Shown here in pieces: positions 1 through 8,751 of a stretch of DNA of 45,482 bases. A program made the translations under genes and the position numbers. Source of the DNA: an uncultured Eubacteriales bacterium. Lineage in GTDB: Bacteria > Bacillota > Clostridia > Oscillospirales > Acutalibacteraceae. The notes under the pieces were generated by a model that searched no databases, was not told the origin of the DNA, and was given only the letters and a program-made list of their open reading frames with translations. The DNA is taken from positions 1-45,482 of the forward strand of contig CAKVDR010000001.1 in the NCBI GenBank assembly GCA_934726435.1. Reading direction: 5' to 3'. Positions within the stretch are counted from its first letter, which is position 1. Every line of letters starts with the position of its first letter.

Positions 1-993
1 TCTGAAAAGCCATTTATTTTTCAGCTTAACCGGTGGCGAATTTTTAAGCAAATCATCGCCGTTATCAACCGAGCATTTAAGCTCTTTGATAGTTCCTATT
101 TTTTCTTTAAAGACTTTTAATTCATCCTCCGGCACCCAACCGACCAAAATAAAACTGTCGCCGTATTTCGCAGCATAAGATTTAATTTCAAAATAGGTGC
201 TTAACTTCTCAATTTTCTTGTAAAATTGCATGCACTTAGCTTTTTGTTCGCTCCAAAATTTTGCTATTTCACTTTCAATAACTTCCAAATTGCGCTCAAG
301 AACATCAAGCTGAATTTTTATTTCTTTTGATCTATCACTTGGAGTTTTTTCACTCATGCGCATTTTGATTTCTCTGAATTGCATTTTTGAAAATATCCTG
401 TCGATTTCTTCCAAATCTTCGATTCTTGCAAAGTAAATGCCCCAAACATTTTCACCGTCGTTATCAAACTCGAAAAACATAAGGTCAAGGCCTCTTAATT
501 TGCTTTCTTGAGAAATCTTTTCAAATTGCGAGAAATTTTCCACAGGCATTCTTCCGAATCTTGCTTTTATGTATTCGCAAGATAAAACCTCGTCCATCGT
601 TTTGTCAAGTCCGTGGAAATGCTTTAATTTCTCAAATTCGTCGTTAAGATTCGTCATGTTCGTGTGAATTTCTCTTTTTTTGTCAACCAGTGCTTCAACT
701 TTCTCCGAAAAATAATTAACAAACTTGTCAATCTTACTCCTGCTCACATGAAAACCCGAAACATCGGCGCTTTCAACTTTTCCACCACACGAATATATGG
801 CGTTTTTGAGCTTTGCAAGAGGACCTGAAAAAGGATTTTCCTCAGTTATAGGAGAAAAATTCTCGGTGCTTGAATAAAAAGAGTAAACATTATCAGGCTG
901 AAAAACCCCGGATTCACCGCAGATGTTAACAAGTTCATCGAGCTTCTTAACAGGGCCTATAATGCTTACAAGATTCATTTTACATACAGCCAT
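1..993 (-). CDS. ntpI: V-type ATP synthase subunit I (N-terminal about 331 aa; C-terminus lies beyond the window start)
   Basis: My own reverse-strand translation from ATG 993 reads MAVCKMNLVSIIGPVKKLDELVNICGESGVF. It continues to GWVPEDELKVFKEK and PPVKLKNKWLF, which matches the N-terminal cytoplasmic domain layout of subunit I/a. The frame stays open to base 1. A GGCGGGA RBS lies upstream. The gene follows the subunit C gene in the operon. It is absent from the supplied ORF track because it runs off the window edge. Confidence 0.8.
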   Translation of the reverse strand, partial: MAVCKMNLVSIIGPVKKLDELVNICGESGVFQPDNVYSFYSSTENFSPITEENPFSGPLAKLKNAIYSCGGKVESADVSGFHVSRSKIDKFVNYFSEKVEALVDKKREIHTNMTNLNDEFEKLKHFHGLDKTMDEVLSCEYIKARFGRMPVENFSQFEKISQESKLRGLDLMFFEFDNDGENVWGIYFARIEDLEEIDRIFSKMQFREIKMRMSEKTPSDRSKEIKIQLDVLERNLEVIESEIAKFWSEQKAKCMQFYKKIEKLSTYFEIKSYAAKYGDSFILVGWVPEDELKVFKEKIGTIKELKCSVDNGDDLLKNSPPVKLKNKWLFR

Positions 994-1013
994 TTTTGGC
1001 ATCCCGCCTTTCT

Positions 1014-2051
1014 TTATACTATAAGCATTTTTCTGATTTCATCAGGAGAAAGTCTATATTTAATTCCTTCAATAATCGTGATTAAATTAAGAATTTCGGT
1101 TTCTTCAAGAAAAACATACGACATCAAAACTATCTGCGGCGAAATCGAAAATCTTATGTTGTGTTTGCACCAGTTAAACCTCATGTTTCTCGGCACTTTG
1201 TCGACTATATCAAGATTTTTTGAAAACCATTTTTTGCCCATCGGGGTGTTTTTCATGTCGATCATCATTTGCTTGTTGCTTGGCGTTTCAATGAAAGACA
1301 AAAGCCTTTCTTTGCTCAATGTTCCGCCGCTTATGAGGCAATTTAAAATGTATTCATCCGAAAGCTTATAAAACTTTTTCATCCTTGTAATTTTAACAAG
1401 GTTGTTAAGATCAATATAAAGACTAAAAAAATCTTTAAGCTGCTTTTTCGCAGGATTTTTCACATATTTATCAATAATCCCAAAAATAACCTCATAAAGA
1501 TAACTGTGAAGGGCAGTTTCAATTCCTGTGATATCAAGTCTGCCGCCTTTTTTCGGTTTAAACGGGGCTAAAATCTCGTAATAGTGAGAATTCTTAACGC
1601 ACCGCAAAAGGTCATCAAAACTTTCGCATGAAGGAAGAGATTTTAAATCAACCTTCGTGTGACCGTAGAAAAAATCAGGGATAATAAACCTGTATCCTCC
1701 GGGCTTCTCGGCCGAAATAAGCATTATCGTGTGCATAAACTGCTCAACTTCAGCTCTTGAAACAAAATAATCGCAAAAATGCTCACCAACCGAAAGGTCA
1801 TACCTTCCAAGGGTTTCAAAGTCTATGAAAAGCTTGAGTTTCAACCTGTCTTCAAGGTCGCTCCTATGAACGCTGTTTTCGTTTATATCTTTAAGCACTT
1901 CGCCGTAAAGAGTTTTCTTTTTAAGATAAGAAGCCAAATCAGGAATGTTCCTGCATGCAAGAAGCTCCTCGTAATTTTTCTTCGAAATTCTTTTCCCATA
2001 CATTGCGCGTGCCTTTGAAAGCACAGCATTCGAAGCGTAAGAAATTATCAT
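1014..2051 (-). CDS. ntpC: V-type ATP synthase subunit C (homologue of the V0 d subunit, AC39 family)
   Basis: The 345-aa ORF starts YASNAVLSKARAMYGKRISKKNYEELL, which resembles the subunit C/d family. A GGTGGTG RBS is present. It sits directly upstream of ntpI. Confidence 0.75.
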   Translation of the reverse strand: MIISYASNAVLSKARAMYGKRISKKNYEELLACRNIPDLASYLKKKTLYGEVLKDINENSVHRSDLEDRLKLKLFIDFETLGRYDLSVGEHFCDYFVSRAEVEQFMHTIMLISAEKPGGYRFIIPDFFYGHTKVDLKSLPSCESFDDLLRCVKNSHYYEILAPFKPKKGGRLDITGIETALHSYLYEVIFGIIDKYVKNPAKKQLKDFFSLYIDLNNLVKITRMKKFYKLSDEYILNCLISGGTLSKERLLSFIETPSNKQMMIDMKNTPMGKKWFSKNLDIVDKVPRNMRFNWCKHNIRFSISPQIVLMSYVFLEETEILNLITIIEGIKYRLSPDEIRKMLIV

Positions 2052-2090
2052 TTCATTTCACCACCGTTCCCAAAGTTATTTAAAAAAATT

Positions 2091-2402
2091 TTATTCCTCA
2101 ATAACTCTTTTTACTATGCTTTCAGCCCAAGCTTCCTTGTTTTTGCGGTAAATTTCTTCTATTCTTTCAATTTTCTTTCTGTTAACGCCCTCAATGGCAG
2201 AAAGCTTTATGCATGCCTTTATTTTTTCATCTTTTTCAATCTCTTTTATGTCTCCTTCGGCACGCTTGAGATACTCTGCCCGCCTTTTTTCTTTGAGGTC
2301 GCTTATTTTCTGCTCAAGGTCAATTTGCAATTCTTTTTCTTTGATTGCATTTTCACGAGTTTGCTTGTCAAGCTCGATTATTTTGCCTATCATGTCCTCC
2401 AT
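2091..2402 (-). CDS. Small coiled-coil protein, probably the V-ATPase peripheral-stalk subunit (G/H-like)
   Basis: The 103-aa protein is strongly charged and predicted to be all-helical (KEKELQIDLEQKISDLKEKRRAEYLKRAEGDIKEIEK). It is the first gene of the V-ATPase operon and has an AGGAGG RBS. The assignment rests on context and composition only. Confidence 0.5.
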   Translation of the reverse strand: MEDMIGKIIELDKQTRENAIKEKELQIDLEQKISDLKEKRRAEYLKRAEGDIKEIEKDEKIKACIKLSAIEGVNRKKIERIEEIYRKNKEAWAESIVKRVIEE

Positions 2403-2513
2403 GGCATAACCTCCTTTTTTAGTATTTTACATTAGCATTATGATACAAATATTTAAAAAGTCAATAACTAATCAAAAAAATCTTAAAATTTTTTAGGAAA
2501 TGTATTTTAGGTA

Positions 2514-2542
2514 TTTACATAAAACGTTAATTAAGATAAAAT
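2514..2542 (+). promoter_or_regulatory. Sigma-A type promoter candidate for the pyrH operon
   Basis: TTTACA (2514-2519), a 17-nt spacer, then TAAAAT (2537-2542). Confidence 0.4.
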
Positions 2543-2605
2543 ATCTTTTAAGCTATGTTTAGTTTTTATCAACTTAAATCCAGTAAATTCGGGAGTGATT
2601 TTGTT

Positions 2606-3316
2606 TTGGAAAAACCTTACAAAAGAATACTTTTAAAATTAAGCGGTGAATCGCTTGCAGGCCCAAAAGGCTTTGGAATAGACTTCGAAGAAACCATGAA
2701 AATTGCGAAAACTTTAAAGGAGCTTGCTTCGAAAGGAATAGAAGTTTCAGTGGTTGTTGGCGGAGGAAACTTCTGGAGAGGCCGCAGCAATTCTGAGATG
2801 GACAGAGTCAAAGCTGACCACATAGGCATGATGGCAACAATGATGAACGCCACCGCGCTTTCAGATTGCATTAATCAAGCAGGGGCAAAAAGCATCGTTC
2901 TTTCGGCCGTGCCTTTCCCGCAAGTTGGCAAGCACTACAGCCCAGAAAGAGCTGACAAACACCTCAAAAAAGGCGAAATTGTTATCTTTGGCTATGGAAC
3001 AGGCAATGCATTTTTCTCAACTGACACTGCTTCATCGCTAAGAGCCGCAGAAATCAAAGCGGAAGTGATCTTAAAAGCAGCCGCAAATGTAAACGGCGTT
3101 TACGACAGCGACCCGAACAAAAACCCAAACGCAAAAAGATACAAGACCCTTACATTTGACGAAATGCTTGCGAAAAACCTCAAAGTAATCGATGGTTCCG
3201 CCGCTGCAATGTGCAGAGATAACGGAATTTCATTCTTGATTTTCAACATGAATCCGCTTGAAAACATAGTGAATATTCTAGAAAATCCTTCCATGGGCAC
3301 TTTGGTCACACCATAA
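2606..3316 (+). CDS. pyrH: UMP kinase
   Basis: KRILLKLSGESL, VVVGGGNFWRG and GNAFFSTDTASSLRAAE match uridylate kinase motifs. I prefer the TTG start at 2606, which has a GGGAG RBS 10 nt upstream and gives 236 aa. The track start at ATG 2555 has no RBS and lies only 13 nt after the candidate -10 element. Confidence 0.9.
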   Translation: MEKPYKRILLKLSGESLAGPKGFGIDFEETMKIAKTLKELASKGIEVSVVVGGGNFWRGRSNSEMDRVKADHIGMMATMMNATALSDCINQAGAKSIVLSAVPFPQVGKHYSPERADKHLKKGEIVIFGYGTGNAFFSTDTASSLRAAEIKAEVILKAAANVNGVYDSDPNKNPNAKRYKTLTFDEMLAKNLKVIDGSAAAMCRDNGISFLIFNMNPLENIVNILENPSMGTLVTP

Positions 3317-3343
3317 AATATTAAGAAAGAAAGGTAACTGATT

Positions 3344-3898
3344 ATGAACACAATTCTTGAAAACGCAAAAGAAAAAATGAAAGCAGCTATCGAGCATTTA
3401 AAAGAAGAATACACCGCAATTCGCGCAGGAAGAGCAAACCCAGCAGTTCTTGACAAAGTAACCGTTGATTACTACGGTTCACCAACTCCGATAAATCAAG
3501 TTGCAGCAGTTTCAGTAACCGAAGCAAGAGTAATTTTAATTCAGCCTTGGGATGCTTCGATTCTCAGCGGAATTGAGAAAGCAATTCAAAAATCAGATAT
3601 CGGCATTAACCCGCAAAACGACGGCAAAAATATTAGGCTCATTTTCCCGCAACTCACCGAAGACAGAAGGAAAGAAATCGTGAAAGAGATTTCAAAAATT
3701 GCCGAAGATGCAAAAGTTTCAATCAGAAATATCCGCCGTGATTGCATGGATAAAATCAAAAACCTCAAAAAGACTTCAGAAATCACTGAAGATGACATGA
3801 AAAAAGCCGAAAAGAAAGTTCAAACTTTCACCGATGATTCTTGCGCAGAAATCGAAAAACTTTGTAGCGCAAAAACAACCCAAACAATGGAAATTTAG
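3344..3898 (+). CDS. frr: Ribosome recycling factor
   Basis: The 184-aa ORF carries typical Frr sequence (RAGRANPAVLDKVTVDYYGSPTPINQVA, PQLTEDRRKE). It sits in the conserved pyrH-frr-uppS-cdsA context. Confidence 0.95.
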   Translation: MNTILENAKEKMKAAIEHLKEEYTAIRAGRANPAVLDKVTVDYYGSPTPINQVAAVSVTEARVILIQPWDASILSGIEKAIQKSDIGINPQNDGKNIRLIFPQLTEDRRKEIVKEISKIAEDAKVSIRNIRRDCMDKIKNLKKTSEITEDDMKKAEKKVQTFTDDSCAEIEKLCSAKTTQTMEI

Positions 3899-3919
3899 TC
3901 AAAATTCGAGGAATTTAAA

Positions 3920-4633
3920 ATGGAATCCAATAATACCCTTCCGGTTCACATAGGAATAATAATGGACGGCAACAGAAGGTGGGCTAAAAACCACTTTCTG
4001 CCAACTCTTCAAGGTCATTCCAAAGGCGCCGAAGTCTTCAAAAAAATTGCCATTCACTGCAATGAAATCGGGATTAAATACTTGACTGTTTATGCTTTTT
4101 CAACAGAAAATTGGAAACGCTCCGAAGAGGAAGTTTCTTACCTCATGCGCCTTTTTGGGAGCTATCTCAAAGACGTTATAAACGAAAAACTCGGCAAAGA
4201 AAACATAAAAATAAAATTCATCGGCGCTATTTCAAAACTGCCCGAAAAAATAAGAAAATTAATAGCCGAGGCTGAAGAAAAATCTTCGCAAAACACCGGC
4301 CTTAGCCTAAACATTGCTGTGAATTACGGCGGCAGGGAAGAAATAACAAACGCCGCTAAAATGTTAGCAAAAGAAGTTAAAGAAGGCAAAATAACCCCCG
4401 AAGAAATAACCGAGAAATACCTTGAAACCAAGCTTTACACTGCCTCCCAGCCCGATGTTGACCTCATAATAAGAACGGCAAATGAGCAAAGAACCTCGAA
4501 CTTTATGATATGGAAATCAGCTTATGCTGAGCTTTATTTCACGCCGATTTTGTGGCCTGATTTTAATGAAAAGGAATTGGAAAAAGCCCTAAAAGAATTT
4601 TCCGGGCGAACAAGACGCTTTGGAGGTGCTTAA
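3920..4633 (+). CDS. uppS: Isoprenyl transferase (undecaprenyl-diphosphate synthase)
   Basis: HIGIIMDGNRRWAK, YAFSTENWKR and the C-terminal RRFGG are cis-prenyltransferase motifs. Confidence 0.95.
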   Translation: MESNNTLPVHIGIIMDGNRRWAKNHFLPTLQGHSKGAEVFKKIAIHCNEIGIKYLTVYAFSTENWKRSEEEVSYLMRLFGSYLKDVINEKLGKENIKIKFIGAISKLPEKIRKLIAEAEEKSSQNTGLSLNIAVNYGGREEITNAAKMLAKEVKEGKITPEEITEKYLETKLYTASQPDVDLIIRTANEQRTSNFMIWKSAYAELYFTPILWPDFNEKELEKALKEFSGRTRRFGGA

Positions 4634-4635
4634 TT

Positions 4636-5454
4636 TTGGCAACCAGAATAGCTTCCGGCTTGATTGGCGGGTTTTTAACGCTCGTCATCTTGCTTTTTAA
4701 TCAAAATTGCTTGTGGCTTATCAACCTGGTGACTGCAATTATTTCTTTCCTAGCAATGAGGGAAATTTTCGCGGTTTCCGGGATTGATAAGCTACGCATT
4801 TTAACGATTCCAACAAGCATTTTCGTTACTATTCTGCCGCTTTTCGGGTTTTCTGCCATTTGGGAACTTGGTTTTTATTTTTACAATCTGATCATGTTTT
4901 CTTCAATGATTCTAAATAAATCCGTCAAACTCCGTGATGTTTGCACTGTTTACAGCATGGCGCTACTAATTTCTTACTCGCTTTTCAAAATAGTAGACCT
5001 CAGAAACACGAGCTCTGAGTTCGGCAGTTTTTACGTCTTTTTAGCGCTTTGCATCGCTTGGATGTCCGACACTGGTGCGTATTTTAGCGGTAAATTTTTC
5101 GGCAAAAGCAAACTTTGCCCCGAAATAAGCCCTAAAAAAACTTTCGAAGGTTTCATCGGCGGAATTGCATTCTGCCTGTTTTGTGTTATTTTAATAGCTT
5201 TAGTTTTCAACAGTTATGTCTTCCCGCAGAAACAGCATATAAACTACATTTTGGTCACTATTTTAGGTCTTATCGGTTCGCTGATTTCCTCGCTTGGTGA
5301 CCTTTGTTTTTCTGTTTTCAAAAGAAAATGCGGCGTCAAAGATTTCGGGAACTTAATGCCCGGGCACGGAGGAGTCCTCGATAGATTCGACAGCGTAATT
5401 TTCGTGGTTCCTTACGTTTATTTATTTTTGAAATTCATACCTATTATACGTTAA
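4636..5454 (+). CDS. cdsA: Phosphatidate cytidylyltransferase
   Basis: Multi-pass membrane protein with a CTP-transferase signature (SDTGAYFSGKFFGK, PGHGGVLDRFDS). TTG start with a GGAGGTG RBS. Confidence 0.9.
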   Translation: MATRIASGLIGGFLTLVILLFNQNCLWLINLVTAIISFLAMREIFAVSGIDKLRILTIPTSIFVTILPLFGFSAIWELGFYFYNLIMFSSMILNKSVKLRDVCTVYSMALLISYSLFKIVDLRNTSSEFGSFYVFLALCIAWMSDTGAYFSGKFFGKSKLCPEISPKKTFEGFIGGIAFCLFCVILIALVFNSYVFPQKQHINYILVTILGLIGSLISSLGDLCFSVFKRKCGVKDFGNLMPGHGGVLDRFDSVIFVVPYVYLFLKFIPIIR

Positions 5455-5458
5455 AAGA

Positions 5459-6625
5459 GTGATTAAATTGGAAAAAAATATTTCTGTTTTGGGTTCAACG
5501 GGTTCAATCGGAACCCAAACTTTGGAAGTAGCAAAAGAGCTTGGAATAAAAGTTCACGCACTGACTGCAAATGAAAACATAGACTTGCTTGAAGAGCAAA
5601 TCAGAATTTTTAGGCCCGAAATTGCAGCAGTTGCAAACGAAGAAAAAGCAAAAGTTCTTAAAGAAAAAGTGAAAGATACCTCGACCAAAATCCTGGCCGG
5701 GGAAGAAGGAATCTGCCAGGCAGCAACCGCTAAAAATGCAGAAACCGTCGTGGCGGCTCTTTGCGGTATTTCCGGTCTTGTACCAACAAGCGAGGCTATT
5801 AAATCGGGCAAAAATATAGCCCTTGCGAACAAAGAAGTTTTGGTAACCGGCGGGAAAATAATCAAAAAAATGGCAAAAGAAAAAGGTGTTCCTTTGCTCC
5901 CGGTTGACAGCGAGCACAGCGCAATTTTCCAGTGTTTGCAGGGCGTTAGAAATAAAAATGATCTTAAAAAACTTATTTTAACTGCTTCAGGCGGGCCATT
6001 TTTCGGCAAAACCAAAAATGAACTTGAAAAAGTCACGCTTAAGCAAGCGCTTAATCACCCGAGCTGGAGCATGGGCAAAAAAATAAGCATTGATTCCGCA
6101 ACCATGATGAACAAAGGCTTTGAAATAATCGAAGCTGCACACCTTTTTGACGTCAGCACTGATGATATCGATGTGATTATCCACAGGCAAAGCGTGGTTC
6201 ACTCGATGATCGAGCTCAAAGATGGTTCGGTGATTGCGCAAATGGCTGTTCCAAGCATGAAACTCCCCATCCAATACGCTCTTACTTTTCCACACCATGA
6301 GCCTTGCGCTGTTGAAAGCCTTAACCTTTCGAAATTCAAAGAATTAACTTTCTTTGAGCCAGATTATGAGACTTTTGAATCTATAAACCTTTGCAAAAAA
6401 GCTTTTGAAGAAGACTTGTGCGTAGTTTTAAACGCTGCAAATGAAAAAGCAGTTGAGTTATTTTTGAAAGAAAAAATTGAATTTTTAGACATAATAAAAC
6501 TCATAAAAGAAGCTCTTGAAGAGTTCAAAAACGCCGACAAACCCACCACAATAAGCGAAATTATCGAACTTGACAAAAAAGTTAAAGCGCAAACTGAAAT
6601 AAAAGCTAAAAAATTAAGAAAGTGA
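5459..6625 (+). CDS. dxr: 1-deoxy-D-xylulose 5-phosphate reductoisomerase
   Basis: Dxr motifs are present: LGSTGSIGTQTL, LANKE, PVDSEHSAIFQC and NHPSWSMGKKISIDSATMMNKG. The start is uncertain; it could be GTG 5459 or TTG 5468. Confidence 0.95.
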   Translation: MIKLEKNISVLGSTGSIGTQTLEVAKELGIKVHALTANENIDLLEEQIRIFRPEIAAVANEEKAKVLKEKVKDTSTKILAGEEGICQAATAKNAETVVAALCGISGLVPTSEAIKSGKNIALANKEVLVTGGKIIKKMAKEKGVPLLPVDSEHSAIFQCLQGVRNKNDLKKLILTASGGPFFGKTKNELEKVTLKQALNHPSWSMGKKISIDSATMMNKGFEIIEAAHLFDVSTDDIDVIIHRQSVVHSMIELKDGSVIAQMAVPSMKLPIQYALTFPHHEPCAVESLNLSKFKELTFFEPDYETFESINLCKKAFEEDLCVVLNAANEKAVELFLKEKIEFLDIIKLIKEALEEFKNADKPTTISEIIELDKKVKAQTEIKAKKLRK

Positions 6626-6636
6626 GGCAAGTTTAA

Positions 6637-7695
6637 ATGAACATACTTTTGGTATTAATAGGAATTTTACTCTTTGAGATATTAATAATTTCTCATGAAT
6701 GGGGCCATTTCATCACGGCAAAAACTTTCGGCGTAAAAGTCAATGAATTCGCGCTTGGAATGGGGCCTAAAATATTTTCGGTTCAAAAGGGCGAAACTAA
6801 TTTTTCAATCAGAATTTTACCTTTCGGCGGTTTTTGCGCCATGGAAGGCGAAGACGAAACGAGCAATAATCCTCGTGCGTTTAACAACATTAAACCTTGG
6901 AAAAGAATGATTGTTCTTGCGGCCGGCGCAACAATGAACTTAATCTTTGGTTTTATTTTAACACTCATCATGATGGCGCAAAGCAGTAGTTTTATTTCTA
7001 ACACCGTTTCAGGTTTTGCAGAAAACGCGGCTTCTCAAGCTTGCGGGCTTCAAGCAGGTGACGAAATTCTTAAAGTCAACGGCACGCACGTTTTTACTTC
7101 AAAAGATATCAGCTTTGCAATTTTAACATCAGAAAAAAACTCCTTTGATTTCAAAGTTAGAAGAAACGGCGAAAAAACAGAACTTAAAAATATTGAATTT
7201 GAAACAGTCGAAAAAGAAGACGGTACCAAATCAATTAAAATTGACTTTAAACTTGATAAAATCCCAAAAAGTTTTTTCACGGTGATTAAAGAAGCATTTT
7301 TAGACATAATTTCAACCGTTCAAATCACATGGCTAAGCCTTATTGGAATAATCACAGGTAAATTTGGCTTAAAAGAAGTGACCGGGCCTGTAGGAATGGT
7401 TTCGATGATAGGAACTGCAACTTCAAAAGGACTAGAAGTGAGCCTTTGGGCAGCAATTAACAACATGGTTTCAGTCGTTGCATTAATAGCCCTAAACCTC
7501 GGTATAATGAACCTTCTTCCACTTCCTGCGCTTGATGGCGGAAGAATTGTATTTGCACTCTTTGAACAATTAACAGGCAAAAAAATAAGCGAAAAATACG
7601 AAGGATTAGTCCACACAATAGGTTTTATACTACTCATGATATTTATAGCTTTAATAACTTTCCATGACATAACACGTCTATTTAAACGAGGATGA
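6637..7695 (+). CDS. rseP: RIP zinc metalloprotease RseP/YluC family (site-2 protease with PDZ domain)
   Basis: An HEWGH motif lies in the first transmembrane segment. There is a central PDZ-like segment and a C-terminal NLLPLPALDGG motif. Confidence 0.9.
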   Translation: MNILLVLIGILLFEILIISHEWGHFITAKTFGVKVNEFALGMGPKIFSVQKGETNFSIRILPFGGFCAMEGEDETSNNPRAFNNIKPWKRMIVLAAGATMNLIFGFILTLIMMAQSSSFISNTVSGFAENAASQACGLQAGDEILKVNGTHVFTSKDISFAILTSEKNSFDFKVRRNGEKTELKNIEFETVEKEDGTKSIKIDFKLDKIPKSFFTVIKEAFLDIISTVQITWLSLIGIITGKFGLKEVTGPVGMVSMIGTATSKGLEVSLWAAINNMVSVVALIALNLGIMNLLPLPALDGGRIVFALFEQLTGKKISEKYEGLVHTIGFILLMIFIALITFHDITRLFKRG

Positions 7696-8750
7696 AAATG
7701 AGAAGAAAATCAAAAGAAGTAAAAATAGGAAAAATAAAAATCGGCGGTGAAAACCCCATCGCCGTGCAATCAATGCTCAGCATTCCATCATATGACATCG
7801 AAAAAAGCATCCTGCAAGCTAAACGCCTTAAAGCCGCAGGGTGCGATATATTGAGAATTGCAATTCCGGATTTAAACGCAGTGAAATTAATCGGTGAAAT
7901 TAAAGAAAACGTTGATATTCCGCTGGTTGCTGACATTCATTTCGACTACAAGCTCGCCGTTGAATCCGCTCATGCGGGAATTGACAAAATAAGGATAAAC
8001 CCAGGGAACATCCCTAAAAATCACATGAAAGAAATCACAAAAGCTTGCCGCGAAAGAAATATTCCCATCAGGGTGGGCGTTAATGCGGGTTCGCTCGAAA
8101 AATATCTCGTCAAAAACGAAAACCGCGCAGAAGCCATGGTTAAAAGCGCTATGGATAACATAAAAATCCTTGAAAGCCTTGATTTTAATGACATCGTGGT
8201 TTCGCTTAAATCTTCGGACGTTAAAACCTGTACGGATGCTTACAAAATCATGGCTGAAAAATGCGATTATCCTCTTCATTTGGGCATAACCGAAACAGGC
8301 ACTAAACACATGGGTACGATTAAATCCGCCATAGGAATCGGCTCACTTCTGCTTGATGGAATAGGCGACACGATAAGGGTTTCGCTCACAGAAGACCCGG
8401 TCGAAGAAGTAAAATGCGGCATTGATATTCTTAAATCTCTGGGCCTTAGAAAGGGAATAAGTTTTGTTTCCTGCCCAACTTGCGGAAGAACCCGCATAGA
8501 CCTGATTAAACTTGCAAAAGAGGCCGAAAAAGCCCTTGAAAATAACAAAAGCAATCTGAAAATTGCCATAATGGGCTGCGTGGTTAACGGCCCAGGTGAA
8601 GCAAAAGACGCCGACATCGGAATTGCAGGAGCAGACGGAATGGGAGTTATATTCAAAAAAGGCAAGGTTATTAAAACCGTTAAAGAAGAAGATTTGCTCA
8701 GCGAGCTTATCTTTGAAGTAAACCAATTAACCCAAAAAGGAATGCATTAA
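7692..8750 (+). CDS. ispG: 4-hydroxy-3-methylbut-2-en-1-yl diphosphate synthase
   Basis: IspG/GcpE hallmarks are present: GGENPIAVQSM, RINPGN, CPTCGR and GCVVNGPGE. The start overlaps the rseP stop in an ATGA. Confidence 0.95.
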   Translation: MKMRRKSKEVKIGKIKIGGENPIAVQSMLSIPSYDIEKSILQAKRLKAAGCDILRIAIPDLNAVKLIGEIKENVDIPLVADIHFDYKLAVESAHAGIDKIRINPGNIPKNHMKEITKACRERNIPIRVGVNAGSLEKYLVKNENRAEAMVKSAMDNIKILESLDFNDIVVSLKSSDVKTCTDAYKIMAEKCDYPLHLGITETGTKHMGTIKSAIGIGSLLLDGIGDTIRVSLTEDPVEEVKCGIDILKSLGLRKGISFVSCPTCGRTRIDLIKLAKEAEKALENNKSNLKIAIMGCVVNGPGEAKDADIGIAGADGMGVIFKKGKVIKTVKEEDLLSELIFEVNQLTQKGMH

Positions 8751-8751
8751 A